Positions 48,871-60,618 of a DNA stretch of 64,000 nt are shown piece by piece. The stretch lies in the NCBI RefSeq assembly GCF_009914755.1, contig NC_060931.1; one strand, 5' to 3'. The notes under the pieces were generated by a model. That model saw only the letters and a list, made by a program, of their open reading frames with translations. It was not told where the DNA came from and made no database searches. Position 1 is the first letter of the stretch; each line of letters begins with the position of its first letter. This DNA comes from the human T2T-CHM13v2.0 reference genome, Homo sapiens. The translations under genes were made by a program, and so were the position numbers.

Positions 48871-49499
48871 TCCCAGAAAGTCCAATGCAGCCTTAGCTTC
48901 TAGCCTACTGGTGTCTGTACAGCCTCCCTCTGGTGGGACCTAACTCCTGATTGCAGCCTATATGCTGTGCTGAGAATCATACTGCCCATCTGTCAGCTCT
49001 CCTTTCCAGTTGTCTCTGTCCTCCTACCACCCATGACATGGCGCAGAGTGTATTCTCCCAAAAACTCACTGGTGGTGCCCTTCCAGAGGTCAGAGAAACC
49101 AGAATTCATCTCCTAAAGCATTGTAAAACAATGCTCAGTTAGTTCTTCAGGTTGCCATTAAATTTCCCATGACTGGGCTTCTTTGGGATGTAGAATAGCA
49201 GAATGTTTTGGCTAAATATTAAAGCATGTATTTAATTATATGAAAGAGAAAGGCTAACATAATTATGTTTGAACAAAAGCAAAATAAGATCTCCCAAAGA
49301 ATTAATAAATGTGGTGATTGGTCTTCATTAGAGGATTCAAAAACCTCTAATGCTGCTTATTACATTTTTTTCAACTCATCTTTAGTGTTCTAGCTCTGGA
49401 TAGATGGACAACTGTAGGCAATATAGTGATTGAAGAACAGAGAATTGGAAAGTGAAATCTTCCTATATCTTTATCTTCTTCCCTTTGGCCATGGTGTCT

Positions 49500-50200
49500 C
49501 TTATGTTTATCTCTAGTGTAGCACCCATTACAGTATGCAATAAGTATTTGTTTTTATGACTGTGTCCTATTAAGACTCCAGGCCACATGAGGGCAGGGAA
49601 ATGTATTAGTCATCTTTGTATCACCAGCATCTAGCTGATACTCAATAAATATATTTAAATGAATGAATGACATTTGACCTGCAAACTACAGATAAATATT
49701 CTCACTCATGGCAAATGTAGAAAGAACTGCACACCGTTGTATACACCTTGTCATTCAGTGATCTCTCTTATTTGGGGGGAGGGGTAAAAATAATTTTTAT
49801 TGTGTGTATTTGAGATTTACAATACGATGTTATGGGACACATATAGATAGTAAAATGTTTACTATACGAAAATAGATTAGCATAGCCATCATTTCACATA
49901 ATTACTTTTTTCAATGATCTCTTAATAAAAACAGTTGTAAATAATATATTCTTAATGATGGCTAATATTTTTATATGCCGGGCACAATGTTCAGTGGTGG
50001 CTATTATGTCATTTAGTTCTGACAGCAAGCCCTATAAGGTGGATTCTACGGATTCCCTGTTGTATAGAACACAAAACTGGGACTTAGTAATGCTGAGTAA
50101 CTTGCCCCAGGTCACGTAACCTGTAAACAATGGAAATAAGATTCAAACCCAACTCTGTTTGACACCAGAGGCTATATGCTCAACCACTATGCCATACTAT
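49500..50200. mobile_element. L2 3' end (about 49500-49670), L1MA 3' fragment (about 49793-49911) and MIR (about 49955-50200)
   Basis: 'catgagggcaggga...ctcaataaat...aatgaatgaatga', an L1MA-type 3' end, and 'agtaacttgccccaggtcac...attcaaaccc'. Confidence 0.65.
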
Positions 50201-50973
50201 CCTCTCTCCACAATGACTACAGTTTCCTGATTATCTTCAAGAATAATCATAAGCTCATGAGAAGCATAAATATTTGCTCTAACAGAGACATGATTCATTG
50301 TGTTTTGAAGCATTAGAGTCTTATGCGAAAATGCTAATTTCTCTCAAATACATCTGCTCTTACATTTTTTTAAGTGCTGGCTTAAATTAGACTGTTTTTG
50401 TGTTATGAAAGCTATACTTTGTATCAGCCATTGGAAAATTGTGGGGTGGATGAAATTTGGTATTACAGAGTAAATGCCCAGTCTATATTGATTGATTGAT
50501 TGAAGCCTTCCTATTTCCATCTTTTGCCTGCTCTTGTTTGCCCTGGCACATGCTCAGCAGTTAGCATTGCTTACACCCCTCCTGGTGGCACCACACTTTG
50601 GCCAAATGTGGCTCATGTGTCAGCTTTTCCTTGGGTGACTTTCAGATATGAGGGTGCTTCACCCAAAAGAATGACCTTCAATAGTGGAATTTCAAGAGCT
50701 CCACTCTTTATGTACTCAGTGACACTATTGTCTACTAACCATAGATAGACCTGAATTCAACCAGAACTTAGACTTGATGGCATGATTTGTACATGTCTAT
50801 TATGTCATAACGCAAAAATAATGGAGCAATTTTCTTGAACTTCAGTTTCCCTGAGAAATGGACAAATTCTCTATCTGAAGCAAACTTTTTTCCAGTACCT
50901 GTCGCTGTTTGTCTTGGAACAAATGCCTAGCAGCTGTCTCTGCTATCATCAGTGTCCATCCACCAAGAGACTG

Positions 50974-51130
50974 TTCTTTTTCTTTTTTAACTTTTATTTT
51001 AGGTTCGGGGGTACCTGTGAAAGTTTGTTATGTAGGTAAACTCATATCACGGGGGTTTGTTGTACAGATTATTTCATCACTCAGGAATTAAGCCCAGTAC
51101 CCAACAGTTATCTTTTCTGCTCTTCTCCCC
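50974..51130 (-). mobile_element. Short old L1PA (about PA13-16) 3' end
   Basis: 'ttttaggttcgggggtac...gtttgttgtacagattatttcatcac...agtaccca'. Confidence 0.8.
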
Positions 51131-52470
51131 AATAGGCCGTACTTAGTAAGCTCTATGCTGCTTTCTTATGCTCTCCTAAATGTAAATTTACACCCTACTT
51201 AAATAATCCTGCTTTCCCATCTAATAATCATTCTGGAATATTGGCTGTTATTATTTTGTAAAGACTCAGACATTTTCCTATTACTCAAACATACTGCCCT
51301 TAGTGTTCACCTGGTAAAAAGAGCTTTTTTGGAGAACCCAGCAAATGTGAGTCAGAATAGCATCTGAATTAAATGTTAATTTGATTATATTTCACATTCA
51401 GCTTAAATTCACCTTGCCTAGGTGTTAAAAACCTCTTATGAACCCTTGCATCAACTTTACCCTAAATGGATTATAATGTTAGTAATTCATACTTCTCATT
51501 TTTACATGATGCCCTGAAGTATCTACTTTAGACTGTAAAATGAAAAGGCCATGAAAAAATTAAAAATTTATCATTTCTTTCAGTCAAGAGACCGTAAATG
51601 ATTCCTTCATTAAACCAAACTCTTTCCTCAGTCTTCAGTTTTTTTTTTCCAATTTTCAAAGAGCTTCAATAGTCAGTGGCAAAGGATGAGGTGCGGGATA
51701 GAGTTCTGTGTTTCAGCATAAATCACAGCATCTTCTGTTTAGAAGGAGCCTTAACACCCCTCCTTTCGCCAGCTTTTCTTCCTCACCATGCAGCCATCTC
51801 ATCCTTGAAGTTCCTGGCAAGTGACTTACAAGCCTTTTCTGGACACAATACTGAAAAGCAGCTCACTCCTTTGAATGATGCCAAATCCACTGATGGGTCG
51901 GGTTATATGAAAATTGCTCCTTGGATGGAGACAAAAACCTGCTTCCCTGTTATGTTCACTGATTAACCTGAATTCTGCCTCAGAAGAAGCATCACACATA
52001 TTTCATTCCTTTTTTTCTCCCCTGCCCTTGCAGCCCTGTAGGTATTTGCAGACAACCAAGTCTTCACAGGGCTAAACCTTCTCACTATTTTCATTCTCCC
52101 AAGAATCCCTCAGAGGACAGAGGAACAGAGTTCAGAATATTTGGCATCCTGATGATTCTCTGGATGCATTCTATTTTGGCAAAATCTTTCTAAACTTTAT
52201 GTAAACACACACACACTTTTTCTTATTTTTAAGTATGTAAAGTAGAATATAAAAACCTTCTGAAATCTTCCCCCTTTTCTCCCAGAGTTAACCACCCTGA
52301 GCCATTTGGTGGTTATCCTTCTGGTCGTCAGTCTGTTTTAAAGTGCAGATTTTAAGTGAACTATTTTGTTCTTTTCAAAAGATATATCACCTGACTTTGA
52401 AGAAACAAATGTACCAGATCAAAAAGTGTGGTGGTGTTTTCAAGTATTTTTCACACAGATTTGAATCTAT

Positions 52471-52550
52471 TTGTGTTGGTGCAAAAGTTATTGCGATTTT
52501 TGCCATTGCGTGTAGTGGCAAAAACTGCAGTTACTTTTGCACCAACCTAA
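52471..52550. mobile_element. MADE1 (Hsmar1-derived MITE, mir-548-type hairpin)
   Basis: 80-bp palindrome GTTGGTGCAAAAGT...ACTTTTGCACCAACCTAA followed by TA. Confidence 0.93.
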
Positions 52551-53310
52551 TATATTTTGTTATAAAAGACAAAAGTTCTCAAAAGAACATACAACTATAA
52601 TTTTAGGCTTATCTGTGGTTAGCCTTTTGGAGATGTGGCTTTAGAGCAAGAGAGAAATATGAATTTAGGCGAGGTAAATGATCAAGTCTGTTTTATTTCA
52701 AAAGAATTAATATTCTAGTAGGGAGGAGGAAGAATTTTATGGATTCATGGACTTAATTTTATGGCTTTATGGACTTAAATCAAGACTTTTGGGAGGTTTT
52801 CTTTTATTCAAGCAGTGGGAACATTCTTAATAATAGTCAACAATTTTTATATAACCCAATTTTATAGAACTACATCTATTTCTTTTTGAAAAATGCAATC
52901 TACTGTGTTGTATATCTGCTTGATGATTTTGGAAAAGAGCCAAAGGTTCTATAGTACTCTATTAGCTATCTCAAAAATGCTCTGCTTTTAAGGGTTGATC
53001 TTCTATAGGGACTAAAGTAGGTCAGTGTTTTCCTAAGTCTGTAATTTCACTGCTGAGTAGGCATTTTAGGGTCCACATTGAATAATACTGAATCATAAAT
53101 GAGAAAGGTATTTCCTCCTCAATTATTTTCCAATCCTGCTAAAAGAGAAAAAGAGTCTCAAGTTGATGCTAATATGTCTTAAACACCTCTCTAACATTAA
53201 CCAGTTCCCTTTTAAATAGAAATAGCAGGTCTAAAAGGACAGCTTTTGATTGACCACTAAATTTAACTAGAATTAAATAGGATTGTTTCATTTTCATGAC
53301 ATTTACATTA

Positions 53311-53736
<426 letters not shown>

Positions 53737-55932
53737 AAAGACAAATATTAAGTAAACAATGCACAGGTAGTGATTGGCTATTAAATGGTATAGGAATGAA
53801 CTTAGGAAACTTGAGACATAAATGAAATACCAACTAGTGTGAGATCATTTTCCCATTGGAGTTATTTTGCTCCCTTTGGAATTATTTTGTCACCCCTGTT
53901 CACAGCTACATTCACACCTACATCAGTCGCTGCAATGGCTCTTTCCTCCTAACAGCCAGGGCCTGGGTAAAGGTTGGGAGATGCCTGTTACTGTTTTGGT
54001 CTTCCTTCAATCAGCTCACCTCAGTGGCCAGTCCTGATAAACAGGTGGTTAGTGAGAGACAGTCCCCTCTTCTCTCAACATTATCATTTATTCTGGTCGC
54101 AATGCTTTGCTTTGCACACTGTATATTGCATGGTCCCTTTCCCATTATGAATTCCCCATCTAAGCTTTCTCCTTTGTCTTTGTTAAAAAGGAATAGTATT
54201 CCACTTTAATTTTGGTGTCAGTGAGGATGACATTCGTACACAAAAGAGCACAAATTGAAAGAGGCAGAGAGTGGAATGATTGACATTTGGAATAGGAGAT
54301 TATTGTGCTGCAGCTTGGAAATATTTACTGCTAAATCCGATCTCTTGATTGTGTCCAAGTAATACAAGTGGACTCAAGAATTAGGTAATTATGAAAAAGC
54401 CTGACAAAATTAACAAATTATAGAAATTCCCTAGGTGTCATATCAAGTGAATTTTTCAATTATATTTGCCACTCATGACTGTCAATCAGAGAAAGTCCAA
54501 CTAAGAGAGATGGTCTAATTGTCTACTCAGAACACCACTGCTTCAATTCTCACTGAAAAGGAACATGTCACATCAGTCCACCAGCATGTGCCTGCATTCA
54601 CTTAAGTTCTACGAAGGGGGCAGGGACAGGGACAAGAACAAGCTCTGCTGGATAAGTAACATAAAAGTCCTATAATATCATTAATGGATTACTAATTTTT
54701 AGAGAAGTAGAATAGAGGGGCTTATTCAGAAAGCCCTTTAAAGGACTTTACATTTTTGAAGTAAGAATTTTGGCAAATGCTAAATCTGTGAAAGACTGCT
54801 CAAAGCAAATAGCAGCTTTCAGATTTCCTAATCCTATTGGAGTCTTTAGGGGAGAGGAAAGAGGAACTAGAGAGATGTCCTCTAGAAAATACAGTTTTCA
54901 AAATGCTTTGAAAATGTGAGAATTGCAAACATGGGTATTGTCAAAATTCGTCTATATTATACATTTTTGATAAATAGAAACCTAACTACCTACTCTAAAA
55001 TGATATATAAGGGATCTTTTATAAATTGTATTTTATTTAAGAATTTATGTATTTGCTTATTTGAGATTTTTCCCCAGTCCCATACACCCTTAGGGTTTTG
55101 ATACTGGCAATATTTTATAGATATTACTGTTCTGAAGGAAGAAAAGGCAGAACTGGAGTTAAAGAAGAGTGACAATAAAACACCAGATGGAAAATATGAC
55201 ACTCCATGTATGCAGATCCTGGAGAAAGGACAAAAAAGGGTACCCTGTACATTTTAAGTAAAATATAATCCATGAGAGTTTCACTAGACAATGGTAACTG
55301 CTTTTGATGACTAAGTAATTCATTAATCATTATAAATGTCTAATGGATGTAATAAATGACTTAAGCATACTTTGGTTTCTGAGTAAATGGAACACAAATA
55401 ACAGAAGACTAAAAAGGTTAAGAATATTTTGCAAATGACCGATTATTTCAATGTCAATGTTGGAAGGAGTCTTAGAGGGAATCCCATTTTCTCCATTTAG
55501 CCTGACCCAATTAACCACTGAACCAGAGCTAGATATCAAGACCCCTGGTTTTCAAACTATTGCTGTTTCCACTGTACCATTTTCTCATCTCCCTTGCTTC
55601 TAAGAATTCTGTTCAAGGGTTTTCATTAAGTGTCTGATATGCCTCTACTTACTTTGAGAAGAATCAACCTCGAAAATAAATTCTGAGCTTACTTTATTTA
55701 TAGAATATAACAGAAATTGAGTATAAGTAGCTAGACGCTTCTGACCATAAAATTCACTAAAAGTGTTATGTGCAATTTTTATATATTATTGGCAAATAGG
55801 CCTATTTTTAATATATGAGAAATGAGTGAGAACAGCTGATAGTGTCCAAAGAGATCTAAAAAAAAAAAAAAAAAAAAAAAAAAACAGAAACAAGCAACCT
55901 GCCCAGAGAGTCCCAATGGTGGGCTTCTTTGC

Positions 55933-56109
55933 TTTATTATTTATTTATTTATTTATTTATTGAGACAGGGTCTCACTCTGTCACCCAGGCTGCAGTGCAG
56001 TGGCTCCATCACGGCTCACTGCAACCTCCACCTCTCCGGGCTCAGGTGATCCTCCCACCTCAGCCTCCCAAAGTGCTGGGATTACAGGCATGAACCACTG
56101 CATCTGACC
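55933..56109 (-). mobile_element. Alu monomer (FRAM-like, or an AluJ recombined between arms) with (TTTA)n tail
   Basis: Single arm of about 150 bp joining a right-arm 3' end to a left-arm-type 5' end. Confidence 0.8.
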
Positions 56110-56257
56110 ACTTTACCCTTTAAATATTAAGGAGCCTCCTTTCCTCCTACCTGCAAATGGCATTCCTGAAAGCAGTGTCACCAGAACTTCCATCTAGAAG
56201 GGGCTTCAGGGAGGTAATCTTTTTGGAAAGGGTGGCTAAGGAATTTGTCTTGTATTC

Positions 56258-56349
56258 CTAGCTCTTCCATCTGTTTAATATGTCCCTCTCCTGAGGGCAA
56301 GAACCAAGTCTTTATATCCTTAGAACTGCAGTGCCTAATTTACGTTTGA
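56258..56349 (+). repeat. Left arm of a 92-bp inverted repeat (L2-like 3' end)
   Basis: 6 mismatches and no indels versus the reverse complement of 57437-57528. Confidence 0.92.
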
Positions 56350-57436
56350 CATTCCTAAGTCAATGAATGATTTTATAGAATAATAAGAAGAGTACAATGA
56401 GAATAAAACCCTGGGGGAAAATTCACATTTGAGGAGCAAGCACAGAAAGAAGATCCAGGAAAAAAAAATTAGAAAAAAGAATAGTTTAAAAGATCTATGG
56501 ACTCAGGAAAACCAGGAGACCATAGGGTCATGAAAGCCAAGGAAGGAAAGAGTTTGAGGAAGGAAAACATCATCACCGATTTGAAGTTCAACAGAGAGGT
56601 TAAAGACCAAAGGGTGTTCATTAGATTTTGTAAGCCAAATGTGGGAGGACATTTATTAAACTGGGGAAGGGGACAGGTGAAAATCAGGACTGCAAACACA
56701 CTATTTATACTTAGATTGTATGTTCATTTTGAGTGAAGGGAGCTGGTGGTGATTATAAGTAGACTCAAGTACCCTCAAAACCCCTTCAAGCCACTGCTTG
56801 GCATTGCTATTAGTTCTTAACCTTCCAGACTATCTAAACAAAGAGTAGATTCACCTACCTTAGTACCATAGTGAACATAGATCTTCCTCCCAGGGCAGAC
56901 CTATTGATCCTCTGTCCTGTCTGAGAGAGTTGGGTTTTTTTGTTTGTTTGTTTGTTTTGTTTTGTTTTGTTTTTTGCCATGACATACACTGTTTCATGGA
57001 CCCTGTAGCCCCCAGTGCCTTCAGTCATCAGTCTTATACCTTGACCTACAGGTCTCTCAAGAAACAAACAAGTTATGGCTATAAACAAATCCTGGGATAT
57101 GTTATAAAAAGGAAAGTATTACCGCCCAAATTCCAAAAGCCATCAGTCTTGTCTGCCATTGCTTCCTGGGGGTCTTTATGAATGTGGTTATCTCCCTTAC
57201 AGTCTCTCACTGGGTCCTTGTCCACAATGAATCTGTCACCAGAGTTTATCTTCTTACCTTTCTTGGGCCTTGGGCTCTATCTCCATTCTTCTTTTAAATC
57301 AGTTACCTTCCAATGACTTTCACTCTTATAAGGCACTTCAAAATCAGCAGAATCTGATAGCCTCAGCTTTCTTATATTTCATGAAAAGGATCTAGCATTT
57401 CACTGATTGATTCAGTCAATACACATTTACTGAACA

Positions 57437-57528
57437 TCAAACATAAATCAGGCACTGCAGTTCTAAAGATATAAAGACTTGGTTCTTGCCTTCAGGAGAG
57501 GGACATATTAAACACATGGGAGAGCTAG
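57437..57528 (-). repeat. Right arm of the 92-bp inverted repeat, within an L2 3' end (about 57405-57730)
   Basis: See 56258-56349. Flanked by L2 motifs ('catttactga', 'tcagggaaagcttcctagaagaag'). Confidence 0.92.
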
Positions 57529-59463
57529 ACATATTAAGTGGGTAATCAAAAACAATGCACTCAAGGAGAGGCACAAACCTTAGCAATAGGGGCGTGTGGA
57601 GAAGCAGGTGAGGGCATGGGAGAATGTCAGGGAAAGCTTCCTAGAAGAAGTTACTGTTAACCTAAATCTGAAAGAATAAGTAAGCACAAAATAGTGATTA
57701 GAAAGAAAGATATCTAACAGGAGGAACAGTGTTAATCCTGTTAGTGTAAATATATATACACACACACGTATATATACACATACCTATATATATGTGTGTA
57801 CAAGTATAGAGTTGTTTATAGATAAATGCCTATGTATGTATGTGTGTATGCAAGTGTGAGTGTGTATTCCTCCTAAACAGAGTGAATTTTTATTTCTTAT
57901 TAAAGTTATTAAACCTAAAGATTGTTTCCCCTAGTGTCACTCTGATATTGACTGTTTTGCTAGATGTTCTCTGGTTTCATAAACTATGCCTTCTATAAAT
58001 GCTAATGGCTAGGCAGGAGATGGATTTTATTCTCCATAATGTAAGGCATATTGAACTGTGGCTCCGTGAGTGGTCATTCTCATTATTACCTTGTATTTTC
58101 TGAAAACCGTCCCAGTGCCCATTCTGGCCCAAGACTCCTAATGCATTCTGACATCTTTAATAAGTGCTTAAAGCATCTCCACAGTAATACAGACTTTCTT
58201 TTCCCCCTCAACTATGGGAAAGTGAGAAAAATACATTTGGATCTGTTTCTCCACGGAAGAACAAAAAAGAAATTCTAGAAGGAAATTCTGTCGGTTTATC
58301 ATCTTGTGTTGCGGCATGTATAGGATGTCAGGAAGAATGGTATCCAAGATAAAGAAATGCAGTAAAGGAAAATTATTTAAGGTGTTTTTCTAAGTCACTT
58401 ATATTGGTTGTGTCCCATGTGTCAAAAAAAAGTTATAGGCAGTTAGCTTTTCTAAGAAAGAGGTTTTGGAAAGTCACTGATTTATGTCTTAGGATTCACA
58501 GTATCATAGACTTGTTCTGAAAAGGTTTTCTCCAGGTGTGGGTAACTCCTAGAGAGCCCGCTGCTTAGCTGCGCTGTGATGGGCCTGCTTCTTTTATAAT
58601 CCTTATCATTTTCCATCCCTCTTCAGGAGGCATTTGAACACTGGGATTTCCCATCAGGATAAACAGATTTTGCCTTTACTGCTACATCCATACTTCCCCT
58701 CTCCAGCCAGGGGTATCCCCTGCCTTCACCTGTGGGTTCTAGGCCCCAGGCAGGTAGGCAAGAGTGTTCTGAGGATCAAATAAGGCACCTGAAAAAATTT
58801 TAAAGACTTGAAGAGTTTGATATTATAATGTATGATATTACATTATATTATATCATGGCATATCAAATATTTTATATTGGGATCTCCTGTGTTGTACTCT
58901 TGACCTTGCTTCAGCTTTCCTGGTGTCCAGTCCTGAGCACTGATGGAGCCTGCCCACCTGTGCACCCACCCTACCGTGATAGATTGTGCTTGACAGTACC
59001 CCCCTACCCCCAACCAGTAAGGACCACTATACCCCTTAATCTCTTCACTCTAAATTCAAGGCATGGCCCTGAAAATAGTTAGAATTGATAGATGACAGGC
59101 CATCAGATAAAGTCAGATTCAACTGAGATACAACTCACTTGTATCGAGAGTGGTCAGTCTAAGACCATACTTAACTACTTCTAAAATTAAGGTAAAATTA
59201 TATTTTAAGTCTCCTAATTTGACTTTAGGGCCTTGCCCACCAGTGTTCTGGAACATCCTGTCATCTGGCCAAGTGTTTGAAGATGTTAAATAATGCATTT
59301 TGGAAGCATTTGAGAGCCCTAATGGATCTTAGCTTATGGTACAAAACATACTGCTTATGTTGCCCCATTTTCTTAAAACATTTTTAATCTTGCTTTATTA
59401 TTTTAACTGTAGTATTCAGAGGAAATCTGTATACTATTGGAAGGCAATATGCTTTATTCTGTC

Positions 59464-59867
59464 TTTTTAATTTTAGATTCGGGAGTACGTGTGCAGGTTT
59501 GTTGCATGGGTATATTTTATAATGCCAGGATTTGGGCTTCTATTGAACCCATCACCAAAATAGTGAACATAGTACCCAACAGGTAGATTTTCAACCCTTA
59601 CCCTGTTTCCTCCCTCCTCTCTTTTGGAATCCCCAGTGTCTGTTATTTCAATCTTTATGTCCAGGGGCACCCAATATTTAGCTCCCACTGACAAGTGAGA
59701 ACATGCGGTATTGGGTTTTCTGTTTCTGCATTAATTTGCTTAGAATAATGGCCCACACCTCTATCCATGCTGCAGCAAAGAATATGGTTTCATTCTTTTT
59801 TATGACTGCCTAGTAGTCCATGGAGTATATGTACCACATTTTTAAATCCAGTCCACCATTGATGGGC
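59464..59867 (-). mobile_element. Old 5'-truncated L1 3' end (L1PB or late L1PA-like)
   Basis: 'gtgcaggtttgtt...atagtgaacatagtaccca...ttagctcccact..caagtgagaacatgcgg'. Confidence 0.85.
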
Positions 59868-60618
59868 TGCCCCACTTCCTAAAGGCCCAGATAAATTGGC
59901 CAATCAGTGAACATTAGCCATTGTTACAGTCATTATTATTGAGCACTTTCTTTGTATTTTGTAGATATCTAAATTACTCCATTTAGAGTTAAGCTACACA
60001 AGCTGAGATTGGAACTCTAATGAGAAAACTGAGCCCAACCCATAATATTACCCTGTCAATCAATACAGTAATTACTGAGCACCCATCATGAACAAAGAAC
60101 TATGCTAGCATTTAACACAGCAGTGAGTTCAGACAGTTTCTGCCCTCTTGGAGCTGACTGCATATCTAAACCTAGAGCTAGAGCTTGCTCCCATGGCATG
60201 TTATAGCTCTTGGAGGTTGAGGCTTAAGTCTCCTTGCTGGTTGATTGCAAGACTTACAAACTCAAAATTTAGCTCTTTGTAATGGAATTCTTACTCAAAT
60301 TGTTAACTATCGACTATGTTTTGAATATAAGAACTTTCAATGTTCTACCCTAGGTTGAAAGGTGAAATACCTAGCAATGTACTTGCAGAGACCCTCAGGA
60401 GATTATAGAAATTAAAATACTCACTCATCTTTAGTAAAAATAATTTCTGAGAATGTTTTCATGCTTAACAAACTTCTCTCAGCTGACCATTCAGGTTCCC
60501 TCTGGAGTGTTGATGTATGTAACACTGATGTATGTAATTACTGTGACTGTTTGTAAAGGCCCAGGAGTACAGTCTATCACAGGTGATAACTGAAGTACAA
60601 TGTTATTTTTTTCTTTTC

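Noticed and set aside
55858-55884. Orphan A27 tract as a retro-insertion
   Set aside because: No TSD or upstream element body; likely slippage.
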